64,000 bases of DNA, from the IMG/VR virus record IMGVR_UViG_3300042691_020932, positions 1 to 64,000 of that record. The stretch is one strand, 5' to 3'. Shown in pieces: positions 39,601 to 50,683 of this stretch. The notes under the pieces were generated by a model. It was not told the DNA's origin, did no database searches, and saw nothing but the letters and a program-made list of their open reading frames with translations. How positions within the stretch are numbered: position 1 is the stretch's first letter; each line of letters starts with the position of its first letter. Made by a program: the position numbers and the translations under genes. The stretch is from a virus.

Positions 39601-42600
39601 TTGAATTTTGATTTGTAGATGTTAATTTGTGTATAGAACCTATTCCAACTGATGTAATATTTAAAACTTGAGGGACTTCTTTTAGAGCATTCTGAGCCGT
39701 AGAAGCAAGTTTAATTGTCGAATCGTTTATTTTAACAACGTATAAATTAGAATGTAACTTATCAGTAACTCCAATTCCAGCAAAAGAAGTTTCTGCAATT
39801 CCTATTGGACGGGCAAGTTCCCCTTCATAACTATAGGTTACTCTTTCTCCAGTGACAAAGAAATGATTTGGTAGTCTGATGGTGCTATCTGTTATATTAA
39901 CAATACTTGGATTGTTTCCATCAAATGTTCTTTGGAATATCGGAAGTTGTTTATATAGTAGATCAAATTCTCTCCTAACTTCGGATGAAGTAGAATTATA
40001 AATTGCATTCCCAGTTTCAACTGAACCACTAAGTAAATCTATTCTAGAAGCGCCTGGATCTGTTATTCCAACTCCTAAAATATTTTCAAATACTCTAACT
40101 TCCAATTCAGTATTTTGAATTGGAATAAAGCAAAGTTGAACATTATCTCCAGTAATTTTTGCACTAACTTCACCGAGATTTAAATCTGTATAAATTTTTC
40201 CAAACTCCAGTATGTTTGCATCCACATTTGTGCTTGCAACAACAACTTCAGACATTTGATGTCTATTGTTTACTTTATCGGAAATAGAAATAATATAATA
40301 TGAAGAATTAAAGTCTCTCTTATCGTATTCGCAAATTACATTTTCTCCAGGAATTGCAGTTGCTCCTACTGATACATAATTAGACTTTAATCTATTTGTA
40401 GATACATTCAAATAACCGGAATTAATAGAGGTAGAGTCATTTGCTAATGAATATACGACAGAATTGACGGTGCATGAAGTGTTAAACCCTACATTTGGGG
40501 TAAAACTTATATTTAAGGTAGATCCAGAAAGATAAGCTCCATAAGTTCCAAAACCTGATGAAGATGATGTTATATTGTTATTAAAAGATCCATATTCTAA
40601 AAACACAACATCTGTTCCATCATGAATGACACTTATTTCATTATATTCATAGAATGTATTATTATCTGAAGAAATTTGTACTAAAATTTTTGATGCTCGA
40701 TAAGATGATGCAATAGAAACTATATTAGTCGCATTTGTATCATTTTCTGAAATTGTATAATTTGAGGTTTTAATCTCAACAATATTACCTAAGAAAATAG
40801 TTGATATTCCAGATGCATCATTCTCTAAATCATATGAAATATAATTTATGTTGAAATTATTTGTTTTATATTGGTTTGGATAAAATAGGAGATTAGCTTC
40901 GTTTCCAATGAAAGATACATCAAATGACCCCAAATCTCCAACAGTTTCTACCCTAGCATATTGGTTTATATGAGCGTAATTGCCATCATGTAATATAGTT
41001 ACCAAAGAGATTTGTTTCTCGCTAGAAAATCTTCTATCAAAAACATCAATAATATATTTTTTACTTCTATTAGTATTTCTCTTGAAACTATTAACTGCCA
41101 CAGATCTTGAAGATCTCTCTTCACTATTAAATTGATTGCTTATATCATCAACAATTAATACTCTATTGTTTAAAACTTGTGTATAATTGGATACTTCAGT
41201 ATTTTGGAATATAATTTCGTTAGATAAAATTTCGGAATCTATAGTTATTGTTTTTTCTTTTACAAAATCAAAATCATTAACACAATTGAATCCAACAACT
41301 TGGGGAGAAAATGACTCTACATCAATTTCGCCAAAGTCTTGTGTGGTAGATATTCCAGTGAAACTATCAATTCCGGACTCAACAACTAAATCGCCAAATT
41401 TTTTAAATCCTAAAGTATGATTTTGTGAAGTAACTACTTCATCCCATTTATTATACTCTACTTTCGATTTAATAGAGTACGAGAAGAACTGATAATAATC
41501 ACTATCATGAATTTTTTGATAATCATTATTTAAAAATCCACTTTGAGTTTGAAATCCCTTTTTAACTATTGAATTTGATGATACTGAATAGTCTGCCTCA
41601 TATTTTTCTACAGACAATATAATTGCATGAGTATTTGATGAAGAACCTCTTATTGTTTCTCCAACAATGAAAGTTTCATCGCTAAAAATTTTTAATGATT
41701 TTGAAATAGAATCCCACTCATCAACAATTCCTATAGAATTTTTAGATTTTACTTCTTCTTTGTTGAAAAAGTTATTATATAGTAGATCCGCTTCAAATAT
41801 TGGGAAAAACTTTTTGGGAACTATTTTTGCCGATAAATTTTGATTTACAAAAACTCCTGGATTTTCATTGCCATTTAAATATTCTGATAAATTATAAGTT
41901 ACGTATGGATATCCTCCAATATTAACATTTGCAGAGGTTAGGGAGAATAAACTATATCCGTAAGATGATGAATTGTATCCTCTAAGAGTAGTTCCAATCC
42001 CAACACTTGTTCCTTCAATTAAAACCTCATCTCCGACAGAAAATGGAAAATCTTCAGAATTTGAGTATGTACTAGCTAATGAAACGATTACATCTTTAGT
42101 TGCTGGATTAAAAGTGATTGAATTAATTCCTATTCCATTAGAATTATTAATTGGGAGAATTATTGGTTGTTGGTCGCTTAGTTTTGCAGTGTCTCTTATG
42201 ACAGTAACTACCCTATCACCCAAATCGAAAGTTAAATCAACATCATCAATAACTTCATTTCTAGTGGAGTCTATTAGTATTAAGTCTGGTGCTATGTTAT
42301 AATTCTTTCCTACAGATGTTATTCCAATTCTGTTGATAGAAAGTAAAGGATCTACTCTTACAATATACGGTAGTTTGATAGTTGGTCTTATAGTATTATC
42401 TGCAGAATACTCAAAACCAATGTCTTCAATCTCCGTTGCAACAATTTTACCAACACTTGATGATTTCGGAACTACTAAAGCAAATTTACCTTCGGATGAT
42501 GCAATTGATGTGATCTTAGGTAAAAACTTATATTGATTTCCGCCCGAAATAAATTTAAAGTTATCAATCTCACCATCAGCGAAGAATGAATCTGTTGTGT

Positions 42601-45600
42601 ATGATAATTTAGCTTCAGATGACAAATATGAAACTCTTTCTGGTTTATCCTTTGTATTATATGAGAAAGTTGTTGATGTAATTCCAGAAATTAAATGACT
42701 TCCAGAATAAACACTATCTTTGATCTCTATTTTATTATTTTCTATAATATCTTCAAAGTCTCTGATTATTTCATTATTTTCTGCATAGTTTGTATTTGTA
42801 TTAATTGGTTCTAATCCATAATACAGAACTTTTGGTAAAGTATTGGAGACAGATAAAGTAACTTTAGCATCTGTAGTTATACCAACAGTTCCTGATTTTA
42901 CAATCTCAAATGAATTTTGAACTCCAGATGATTCGATAGTGTTTTTTAATTTTTGATCTGTATATAATTTAAAATCAAAAGATGGATATGGAATGGAATT
43001 TATAAGATGACTCAAAGAACTATCTGATAAATCAAAAATAACACTTTGATTTCTGAATACTTCAATTTTTGGATTTATTAATGATAGAGTACCGTTTCCA
43101 GTACTAGTTAAATTTATGTAATTTGGTTCTGATAGTGTAGTTTCATGGTATGTCGTTGTTAGTTTAATTTTATTTTCATCGATAACTAAAATGAAATATA
43201 TTTGGTTGTTTTCTAGCCCACCAACTGGAGAATTTGATGTGTAAATTGCCTTTTGCCCCGTTTTATATCCATGAGAAACTATGGTAATAGTATCCTTAAT
43301 TGTGTCAACATCTGATGTAAGAAAATCTTTTGGATTGACTACCATCCTACGATGGTAACCATTATATTTGATAGCGTAATTTACACTCAATTGGGAAAGG
43401 GTCAGCATTGTAACTCTATCATTCACCTGAAGACCATGAGAAGATGCTGTAGATACAGTAACTAAGTTTTTGTCAACTTTTCCTACAATTATATCTTTAT
43501 AATCGGTTTTAAAACTATGTACGACTCCGGTGCCAATACCAGTAAAGAATAAAGTATTTGTAAATATTTCGGTGTTTATTCCTACAAAATTTCCAGCAGA
43601 ACCAATTCCAATAGGATTCGTTGCAATTCCGATTAAATTATTTTTTGTTACGGCTGCATAAACTATTTGGTTATTTAATAATTCAAAAGATGATTGTCCG
43701 TCAGTTGATACTGAAATTGATGTTCCACCATTATTTGAATAGATTAAAGAATCTCCTGTGAGTAAATTATGATCTGGTAAGAAAATTGATTTAGTTGGAA
43801 TAAACAAAGTTGTTCTTCCGAATCCAGGATTGGAAAAAACTAAAGTGTGTCCTATACCAATTCCATTTATAGTTCCGAGACCAACAGAATCTGATGGATT
43901 AAAGTAAATTTCTTGATTTAAAGATCTACTGTATATTGATGTGATTACTCCTGAAGTAATTTCAAATTTTCTAGATCTTTGCGATAGCAGTGAAGATATT
44001 GAATGGGATGACCCAACAGTATTTTCATAACCTCTAACAACTCTTATTCTTTTTAGTTCTGGTTCAATATTTAAAACTTTTACTTTTTCCGTTTCAATTT
44101 CTAAAATATCATTTTCCCTTATATAAGGATATCCTAAAAATCCAGCAACTTCAAAATAAGTAACAATACCAGTTGATGTTATTGAATCTGCTGCAGAAAC
44201 TAAAACTAAAGTATCAGTTCTTACACCAACTCTGTATGATCCATTTAAACCACTTCCAAATGTACTTATCCCACTGACATTTATTATGTCAAAATCTGAA
44301 AGATTGTGTGGAGAATAAGAAAAACCTATGAATGTATTGCCTCCAAAGTTACTTGGATAAAATTCTACATTTAAAATGGAGGTTGTGCTCGAAGAAACTT
44401 GATTTACGACTTTGCCCTTTAATTGAGAAACTTCAAATGATGCTTCTTGTCCTCCAGTTCCTTGATTATTGAAGATAATACGATCTCCAATTTTATAATT
44501 TTTTCCAGAAGAAGTTATTCCAACAGAGTCAATAAAACCAACACTAGTTTTTTTAACTATTGAATTTTGCGATTTTATTTTTTCTGGTTGAGTTAAGAAG
44601 TAATAACCACTTCTATTATTTTGTAATTTGTAAGGTTTTGTATTTCTAAAAAATTCCGTTTTATTTAAATCTACCTCATCTTGATTTGAGGTAAGTTTAA
44701 AATTATAATCTATAGGGATAGATTTAAATTTATTACCTATTAAATATGGAAATACTGGTTTTCTATAATTTCTAAATGATCCAGATTGTTCGTTATTATT
44801 TGTATCTATTGTTGCAAAGTATGCATAAGTTCCTTTTGGATATTCTGGAGTAACTCCAAATCTACCATTAAACTCATCAAGATCTCCAGAATTTGTATAT
44901 TCGTAATCTTCAACAAAAAATCCTGCTGAATACGTAGATGTACTTGGTCTCTCAGATTTTAAAGATAATGTATATCCAGACTTTAAGAGTTTTATTGGTC
45001 CTCCACTAGAGGTTGAGTGTCCATATGGACCATAAATTGGATTACCATCATAAGCCCACCCAATTATTGGAGAATGTGTGTTTGAAAGTAATTCTACACC
45101 AGCATCTAATCTAAGATCTGGAGTGAAAATTTCGGTATCGTTAAGATTTGATATTCTACCCAGTATCCTTCTTAGATATCTTGGAGCATATGCATGAGTA
45201 TATGCTAATCCATACTTAGAACCAATCTCTGGGTGAATAATACCATCATCATCGGAAATTATATTATCTGTAAGATTTTTTTGTACTAAATTAATTTTCC
45301 AAGTCTTTGGAACAGATTGGAATGCTGCCCCAGACCCAGATGGAATAACATTAATCGCAGTGGTTGCAGTTGTAAATCCTTGTCCCCCATTAATTACTTT
45401 AATTTCTGAGATAGAACCATTAGAAATAACAGGAGATAATATCGCACCAAAACCTTTACCAACAATTTCTAAAGATGGTGGAGAATTGTACTCAGAACCA
45501 CCCTTAATGATTATTACTTGGGATATTTTATCTCCAGAAACAATTGGCAATAGTTGTGCATTTTTTCCAGTTTTTAATGTAAATGTTGCTTGTCTGTTGA

Positions 45601-48600
45601 AATTTAATATATCTTCAGAACCATACCCAAATCCTCCAGTTTCTATGAATACTGATTTAATTTCTCCACGCACAATTGGTTGAACAATTGCGTTAAAATT
45701 TTGATTTGTTCTTGAAGATACCCCTATTATTCCATCTAATTTTACTGTAATTGGTTCATAATTGAAATTGTGAATTCCAGATCCTTTTGTTTTGAAATTT
45801 ACAAATTGTTTTGTTTTATAATAAAAATCTTGCGTAGTAGTTACACCGACAACAGCAGAACCAATACCAACTGTTAATGCAGTACCGACCCTAGATAATT
45901 TAAAATAATTTTCATCGATTGATGTTACGTAATAAGATTTTCCTGAAGATAAACCAACTATTTCTTGTCCCGTTGTTGAATATACTACAATTTCGCCTGT
46001 CTTATAATTATGATTTGGTGCAAAAACTGAATTAGAACTAGTGCTAATTCCTGATGGAAATACAGAAATTTTTCTATTTCGGTATCCTTTTCCAGGATTT
46101 GTAATTTTAATTGAACTTACTTTCTTTTTTATTATTTGTGAAGAAAAGTTGTGTATTCCCACACCATAAGAAGTTAAGTCCACGGTGTTAATACCAACAA
46201 GAGCATCTTCATATGTCTTATGAAGTGTTATTGTATTTGAATCAATTACATAAGTATAATAAGTAGAATCTGTTGATAATCCACCAATAGATTGCTGACC
46301 CTTTGTTTTATAAATAATGCCTTCAGCATCTCTAAATTTATGATACGTTGTGAACCCTATAGTATTATTTGCTAGATTTACAAGTCCAATCGATTCAGTA
46401 GAGTTAAAAGAAACTGTATGTTCGACTGGGAATAAATCTACTTCTGCTATTGCACCACTTCCACTTCCGCCTGTTATAGAAACAGTTGGAGGTTTTAAAT
46501 AATCAAAACCGCCATCTATGACAACAATATTTTCAAATAAACCTTCAACTTCACAATATGCACTAGCGCCAGTGCCTACAGAATCTGATATTGAAAGAAC
46601 TGGTGGTGTGATTACATCATAATCCTCCCCAGAAGCTAAAACATTTATCTTTTCTAATGGACCATAAAAAACAGTGTCATCTGATTTATAATTTAAAATT
46701 TCTACACCGTTTGCAAGTATGCCAATAGTTCCCGTTTTAGTTTCATTTACTTCAGATACTTCTTGTGGTTTTTTTAATTTTTTTACTAATTTTTGAGACT
46801 GCAAGTACTTATTTGCCTGATCTGACATAACAATCTCATTATCCGTTACAGTCCCTGTAAGAGATATGTAAATATTTTTATATAAATTTTCTCTACTTCT
46901 AGATAATTTTATAGTAGATGAGTCAACTTTTTTTACAAAATAAATTCCTTCTGATATATTCAGTGAATTTTCTGTGGATTTTGGTTTATAAAAGATGGAA
47001 TCTCCCGTTAAAAAGTTGTGCTGCCCTACATTGATATTTTCAGAATAGTCAAAAGTTCCACTAAAAGTTACTGATCTTTTTTTAGTTTCTAGTTGAGAAT
47101 TGAAATAATTAGGTATCGATGAAGATGTTACGAGATAATTTCCTAAATTATCAACGTAAACATTCTGAACATTTGCAGTATAAACACTTGCTTCGGGAAA
47201 ATTTTGAAATTTTCCTTTTGATAAAACCCTATGAACCCAATCTTTCTTAGTCGTATCTATTTCGCCCTGACCACTTATATTAAATGATTTTGGATTCGAA
47301 ATTGATATTATGGTAGACTCAATTTTTGTACCATCTGTCAAAAATACTGAGATCCTATCTCCAATATGAAAATCGTTAGCATCAAAGGTCTTTACTTGAT
47401 ACGTGAAATTCTGAGTATCAATCAAAACTAAAGAATCTATCTGATATCTTGTTGCAACGTTAAACATCCAATTGTTTGCAACAATATCTTCACTATATTT
47501 TCCTAGCGTCTTAATTTTTATATTATTTCCTTCAGAAAAAAGTTTTGTATCAGAACCTAGATTAATATCAGATAAAACACCAGTAACTCTAACTTTTACG
47601 ATATTATTTGTTCCTATTCCAGAATATGCATAAGCATAAGAGTCAATTCTAATGTCTTGAGTCTGTGGAATAACTTGTGAAATTCCAGAGCATTCATAAA
47701 ATTGAGTATATGATTTTGATTTATAACTTATGGAAATGGAAGTTCCGTTATTCAAATCTGCAATTAAAGTTCCTGAATTTGGAAATCCTAGTGTGGAATC
47801 AACATCTATAACACTAGAACCAATTGAAACTGGGGTAATAGTTTTTGTGATTGGATGTATAGAAAATTCTCCGGAATTACTATTACTTTCATTTGGATTA
47901 TAATCTAGACTAAGAACATAATATTCTTTTTCTCCTCTAATAATTCTTTCAACATTGTTTATAGAACCAAATGCTTTTTGAAAAAAGTCAGTTTTGTCTT
48001 GGAATAAAGTTCTATTTACAATTTTTTCAGGATCTCCCTCAATAGCTTCAACGACTAAATCTTTTACAATCCGATATTGAGCATTTGATGGGATTAGTAA
48101 ATAATCGCGAGGTTTAATTACCTCAATCTCATCTCCATATAATGCTTTGAATAAAATTTTAAAAGATTGATCTGTACCTTTAGATGAATAAAAATCCTTT
48201 GACTGCTTAATAAATATATCCTGATTTAAATCAGAATAGAGTTTTCTATCCTCAAAACCAGGAGCAAACTGTTTTTTTATTTTTATAAAAAATTCTTTTA
48301 AAAATAAAATGCTAAGGTTAGTAACTGTTGAGCCTTCAAGATGTTCGTTAATTTGCGATGTAGAAAATACTAAATGATCTTTGCGACTTGGATTTTCATA
48401 CGAGGTTACTCCACTAAAGCCTCTTACACAACCATTAAAAGATGTATTTGTCTTTGATGTATATGTGATAATTTCATTATCAATCTGGATAAGTCCATAA
48501 GAATTGGGAAATCCTCCGGTAGATACTACATTAATAGTATCATCTGTTAAAGAAATACTAGATGTAGTTTTTGTCGAACTAGTTAATTTAGTTAAGTTAT

Positions 48601-48772
48601 CTATTTTTACATACTCATCAATATTATTGAGAATATCTAAAGCACCACTTTGATATTCCAGTGATGAATAATATGTAGATAAAAATTCTTCAACTAATGG
48701 AAATTCTTCCTTTACAAAATCTGGAAGTTGATTTTCAATAACTGAACTAATTTTAACTCGTGTGTTTCCCAT
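36686..48772 (-). CDS. gp7: Giant baseplate wedge initiator (4028 aa)
   Basis: ENQLPDFV, FYSSKGT..SFKILFKALY, HSPIIGWAYDGNPIYGPYG, DSDYYQ.FSY; lies between gp6 and gp8. Confidence 0.88.
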   Translation of the reverse strand: MGNTRVKISSVIENQLPDFVKEEFPLVEEFLSTYYSSLEYQSGALDILNNIDEYVKIDNLTKLTSSTKTTSSISLTDDTINVVSTGGFPNSYGLIQIDNEIITYTSKTNTSFNGCVRGFSGVTSYENPSRKDHLVFSTSQINEHLEGSTVTNLSILFLKEFFIKIKKQFAPGFEDRKLYSDLNQDIFIKQSKDFYSSKGTDQSFKILFKALYGDEIEVIKPRDYLLIPSNAQYRIVKDLVVEAIEGDPEKIVNRTLFQDKTDFFQKAFGSINNVERIIRGEKEYYVLSLDYNPNESNSNSGEFSIHPITKTITPVSIGSSVIDVDSTLGFPNSGTLIADLNNGTSISISYKSKSYTQFYECSGISQVIPQTQDIRIDSYAYAYSGIGTNNIVKVRVTGVLSDINLGSDTKLFSEGNNIKIKTLGKYSEDIVANNWMFNVATRYQIDSLVLIDTQNFTYQVKTFDANDFHIGDRISVFLTDGTKIESTIISISNPKSFNISGQGEIDTTKKDWVHRVLSKGKFQNFPEASVYTANVQNVYVDNLGNYLVTSSSIPNYFNSQLETKKRSVTFSGTFDYSENINVGQHNFLTGDSIFYKPKSTENSLNISEGIYFVKKVDSSTIKLSRSRENLYKNIYISLTGTVTDNEIVMSDQANKYLQSQKLVKKLKKPQEVSEVNETKTGTIGILANGVEILNYKSDDTVFYGPLEKINVLASGEDYDVITPPVLSISDSVGTGASAYCEVEGLFENIVVIDGGFDYLKPPTVSITGGSGSGAIAEVDLFPVEHTVSFNSTESIGLVNLANNTIGFTTYHKFRDAEGIIYKTKGQQSIGGLSTDSTYYTYVIDSNTITLHKTYEDALVGINTVDLTSYGVGIHNFSSQIIKKKVSSIKITNPGKGYRNRKISVFPSGISTSSNSVFAPNHNYKTGEIVVYSTTGQEIVGLSSGKSYYVTSIDENYFKLSRVGTALTVGIGSAVVGVTTTQDFYYKTKQFVNFKTKGSGIHNFNYEPITVKLDGIIGVSSRTNQNFNAIVQPIVRGEIKSVFIETGGFGYGSEDILNFNRQATFTLKTGKNAQLLPIVSGDKISQVIIIKGGSEYNSPPSLEIVGKGFGAILSPVISNGSISEIKVINGGQGFTTATTAINVIPSGSGAAFQSVPKTWKINLVQKNLTDNIISDDDGIIHPEIGSKYGLAYTHAYAPRYLRRILGRISNLNDTEIFTPDLRLDAGVELLSNTHSPIIGWAYDGNPIYGPYGHSTSSGGPIKLLKSGYTLSLKSERPSTSTYSAGFFVEDYEYTNSGDLDEFNGRFGVTPEYPKGTYAYFATIDTNNNEQSGSFRNYRKPVFPYLIGNKFKSIPIDYNFKLTSNQDEVDLNKTEFFRNTKPYKLQNNRSGYYFLTQPEKIKSQNSIVKKTSVGFIDSVGITSSGKNYKIGDRIIFNNQGTGGQEASFEVSQLKGKVVNQVSSSTTSILNVEFYPSNFGGNTFIGFSYSPHNLSDFDIINVSGISTFGSGLNGSYRVGVRTDTLVLVSAADSITSTGIVTYFEVAGFLGYPYIRENDILEIETEKVKVLNIEPELKRIRVVRGYENTVGSSHSISSLLSQRSRKFEITSGVITSIYSRSLNQEIYFNPSDSVGLGTINGIGIGHTLVFSNPGFGRTTLFIPTKSIFLPDHNLLTGDSLIYSNNGGTSISVSTDGQSSFELLNNQIVYAAVTKNNLIGIATNPIGIGSAGNFVGINTEIFTNTLFFTGIGTGVVHSFKTDYKDIIVGKVDKNLVTVSTASSHGLQVNDRVTMLTLSQLSVNYAIKYNGYHRRMVVNPKDFLTSDVDTIKDTITIVSHGYKTGQKAIYTSNSPVGGLENNQIYFILVIDENKIKLTTTYHETTLSEPNYINLTSTGNGTLSLINPKIEVFRNQSVIFDLSDSSLSHLINSIPYPSFDFKLYTDQKLKNTIESSGVQNSFEIVKSGTVGITTDAKVTLSVSNTLPKVLYYGLEPINTNTNYAENNEIIRDFEDIIENNKIEIKDSVYSGSHLISGITSTTFSYNTKDKPERVSYLSSEAKLSYTTDSFFADGEIDNFKFISGGNQYKFLPKITSIASSEGKFALVVPKSSSVGKIVATEIEDIGFEYSADNTIRPTIKLPYIVRVDPLLSINRIGITSVGKNYNIAPDLILIDSTRNEVIDDVDLTFDLGDRVVTVIRDTAKLSDQQPIILPINNSNGIGINSITFNPATKDVIVSLASTYSNSEDFPFSVGDEVLIEGTSVGIGTTLRGYNSSSYGYSLFSLTSANVNIGGYPYVTYNLSEYLNGNENPGVFVNQNLSAKIVPKKFFPIFEADLLYNNFFNKEEVKSKNSIGIVDEWDSISKSLKIFSDETFIVGETIRGSSSNTHAIILSVEKYEADYSVSSNSIVKKGFQTQSGFLNNDYQKIHDSDYYQFFSYSIKSKVEYNKWDEVVTSQNHTLGFKKFGDLVVESGIDSFTGISTTQDFGEIDVESFSPQVVGFNCVNDFDFVKEKTITIDSEILSNEIIFQNTEVSNYTQVLNNRVLIVDDISNQFNSEERSSRSVAVNSFKRNTNRSKKYIIDVFDRRFSSEKQISLVTILHDGNYAHINQYARVETVGDLGSFDVSFIGNEANLLFYPNQYKTNNFNINYISYDLENDASGISTIFLGNIVEIKTSNYTISENDTNATNIVSIASSYRASKILVQISSDNNTFYEYNEISVIHDGTDVVFLEYGSFNNNITSSSSGFGTYGAYLSGSTLNISFTPNVGFNTSCTVNSVVYSLANDSTSINSGYLNVSTNRLKSNYVSVGATAIPGENVICEYDKRDFNSSYYIISISDKVNNRHQMSEVVVASTNVDANILEFGKIYTDLNLGEVSAKITGDNVQLCFIPIQNTELEVRVFENILGVGITDPGASRIDLLSGSVETGNAIYNSTSSEVRREFDLLYKQLPIFQRTFDGNNPSIVNITDSTIRLPNHFFVTGERVTYSYEGELARPIGIAETSFAGIGVTDKLHSNLYVVKINDSTIKLASTAQNALKEVPQVLNITSVGIGSIHKLTSTNQNSKSLITIDNVIQSPIVSTAVTSTLAAPLLISDDVVRLSGITSIFGGDLLKIDDEIMKVRSVGYGQTNSILVDRSWMGTGISTHSQNSLVTKLFGSYNITNNKINFINPPYGPTPVPTSANNETDWTGITTHSTFSGRIFLRSGFKNTASEAYSTNYILDDISDSFNGIKTDFILKSNKNNLSGIVTSNGILLINQVAQSPQRLTIPKTIIGDYLLEESAGITTITFTGSTPTSSYDINSTNVPKGGIIVSVASTGGFGYQPLVAAGGTAIVSAAGTISSISIGNSGSGYRAGIQTFVNVGVYTSSTGTPNIQFIGTAAVSNGRIVSVAVTNPGIGYTRSNPPKVVFDNPLPYSNIPLVYSQSSSTGFGTGAKVDIVVGNGSSVINFDIKNFGYGYGQGEVLTVDIGGIVGIPTDNSLTFSEFSLEIDRTTSDTFSGLFFGDLQIFDPLDDLFDGIRTLFPLTYNESAVSIKSRLGSLIEVQATLLVFLNDILQVPNRSYIFDGGSTILFTEAPKYGDTCRIIFYQGTSSVDIANVTPQQKIKIGDFVRITNESPALSQNDRIITRINSVDSVNTNNYPGPGISQNQSLLRTINLYRQTDDLFIDNKLFTKDRIINEPIIQPTTNIIQSVSVGSTEIYVESVKTFFDSKKEYLVAQEPQNKILVASQDVIVSASVTAIISSAGIVSSILITDGGIGYDPINPPSITIQNPIGFGSEYAARATTNVSVAGTVSSINIDFVGSGYTTLSSPVVLVEPPTPKSEVIDNISYSGDFGAVVGYGKTMIGISKYKIFDFHIPNNSILRDEDIVGTAVTISQIEIGDYFVIQNSNVSLTTETYTNYRNDDSVIGVSTQYIDGIYQVSNIQTITSEIVGIGTTSVKRVVTKSDDDSSVGLSTIGFGSPAITFDSTSYTFDYFDTSSLIPYNTVYYGGNFTWGKISNLNRTSPNEFNSYGIGGISTSASVIRFNPLKYNDYN

Positions 48773-48775
48773 TTT

Positions 48776-50683
48776 TTACTTTCTTATAAGACTTCCGTTT
48801 GTGTAACTTGTAGTTGCCGTATAGAATGAAGCAGAACTGTCATAACCAGTTTCAATTTCATCCAACTTCATTTTTAAATCACTGCTATTAATATCTAGTT
48901 GCAAATAAAGATCCTGTTTTCCAATGACATCATTCGAAAGTGGTATTGCAGAAATTTCAATTATTGAATTTCCATTAGATTTTTTAACTGTTGAAGCTAT
49001 ATTGATAGGAGACAAATTAATTTCTCCCTTAACATAATCAATGACACCTACAGACTGTTTAACAATTATGGCATCACTGCCTGTTCTTGTTGCAAAAATA
49101 AAAAGAGTTCCTGTTTGCTTATCGGCGTTTGGTATATCTCCAAGATAAACGGTGTCTTGTATGCCGACAATATTAAATCCGGAAGATTTAATATTGTATC
49201 CACTGGCACTTTTTACATAAAAACTATTTCCATAGCAAATTTCGTATTCTGCTAACTGGTTTACCAAAACATTCAAATCCCTTCTTATATTGACTAATGT
49301 AATATTTGAAGTTATTGATTGATGACTATCATCAATAATTTTCTGAAATTTGCTATACTTAAATTTAGCTCCGTACTTATTAATCTCAGTGGAGTTTGCA
49401 TAAGTATTAATATTATTGTAGATGATAGATCTTATAGAATCTGCATCTGGAGCTAAGTTTCCATTATAGTTTGCAGTAACATCAACTTCAACGTATATGT
49501 ACTTCAGATCTATAAAGTCTACAACTATCCCAGCAACGCTATAATCTCTCAGTTTAACTTTTAGGTTTTCTTTTATAGTTTGTGGAATAAAAGTACCATT
49601 ATATGGTTTTACGCTAACGAAGATTCTCCCAAATTCGGGTGGATCTAGAGTTTCTCCTCCATAAACAGAAACTGATTGAGCTTCTGGATAAATTCTGGGT
49701 ATAATAACCTCATAGTCTGAGGCAGTAACTGCTCTGTTTTGGGTCGAATAAAATCTTGGAGCGTACTTTTTAATTGAATTGATTGATTCAATTTCTTGCC
49801 CGCCACTTGATGTAATATTAGTTGTCAGTAAAGAAATGCCAGAAGTTATTGATAACCCAGAATTATCTAATATTCTTCCATTAAAAACAAATGAATTAAC
49901 GCCATTTGCTGATTCTCCATTTGTCACCAAATAAGATGCCTCAATATAATTCAGAGAATCTAATTTTTCTCCAAATACACCATCTCCAAAAATAAGTTCA
50001 TATCTTTCATCTTCAACTTCTTGGAGGAAAAAAATCTTTGAAGATGATGTTATAGAAAATAAATTATTTGACTGTACGAACTTTCTTGATACTGAACTTG
50101 ATTGATTATCTCTTACCGTAACAGTAATAAGTGAACTATCAATATTTGGGTTTGATAGAATAAATCTTTGATTTGCAATTTCTGAAGAAACTGTAAAATT
50201 GTCGGTTACATAGTTTCCTTCATAAATGGCAATATCTTCAAACAATGCAATTCCATTTACAACAGGAACTGTCACATCACTTAAAATAGCAAAAGAATAT
50301 CCTTGATCTCCTATTGTTGGTGTCGTAGCCACTACACCTTTCTTTAATGTTAAAGTGAGGGGATTTGTTGCGAGATCTGTTGTGTCTACAAAGAATGAGA
50401 TATTTGCTCTAGATGCGGTTCTAGACTTAGGAATATAACCAATATTTCTTGCAAGAGAAACCACATTTTCTCTTAGGGTTGCACTATCAATAAAAACCTC
50501 ATTGCTAAGCATGTTAGCATTATATGAGGAAATATATGTGTTATACGCTAAGGTATCAATTAAAACTGATAGATTTGATCCTTCGAAGTCATAATCAGTA
50601 AAATTTGAATTCGATCTAAGGTACTCCTTAATCGAACTTTTTATTTGGTCGAAATCTAGATTTGTAAAATTAACTAATGGCAT
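48776..50683 (-). CDS. gp6: Baseplate wedge subunit
   Basis: LDFDQIK, FTDYDFEGS, FGDGVFG, QNRAVTASDY. Confidence 0.97.
   Translation of the reverse strand: MPLVNFTNLDFDQIKSSIKEYLRSNSNFTDYDFEGSNLSVLIDTLAYNTYISSYNANMLSNEVFIDSATLRENVVSLARNIGYIPKSRTASRANISFFVDTTDLATNPLTLTLKKGVVATTPTIGDQGYSFAILSDVTVPVVNGIALFEDIAIYEGNYVTDNFTVSSEIANQRFILSNPNIDSSLITVTVRDNQSSSVSRKFVQSNNLFSITSSSKIFFLQEVEDERYELIFGDGVFGEKLDSLNYIEASYLVTNGESANGVNSFVFNGRILDNSGLSITSGISLLTTNITSSGGQEIESINSIKKYAPRFYSTQNRAVTASDYEVIIPRIYPEAQSVSVYGGETLDPPEFGRIFVSVKPYNGTFIPQTIKENLKVKLRDYSVAGIVVDFIDLKYIYVEVDVTANYNGNLAPDADSIRSIIYNNINTYANSTEINKYGAKFKYSKFQKIIDDSHQSITSNITLVNIRRDLNVLVNQLAEYEICYGNSFYVKSASGYNIKSSGFNIVGIQDTVYLGDIPNADKQTGTLFIFATRTGSDAIIVKQSVGVIDYVKGEINLSPINIASTVKKSNGNSIIEISAIPLSNDVIGKQDLYLQLDINSSDLKMKLDEIETGYDSSASFYTATTSYTNGSLIRK

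Noticed and set aside
34719-48772. Diversity-generating retroelement targeting fibre or baseplate genes
   Set aside because: No reverse transcriptase and no template/variable repeat pair were seen.
36686-48772. 4028-aa gp7 as a novelty
   Set aside because: Very large, insertion-rich gp7-like proteins are usual in cyanomyoviruses.
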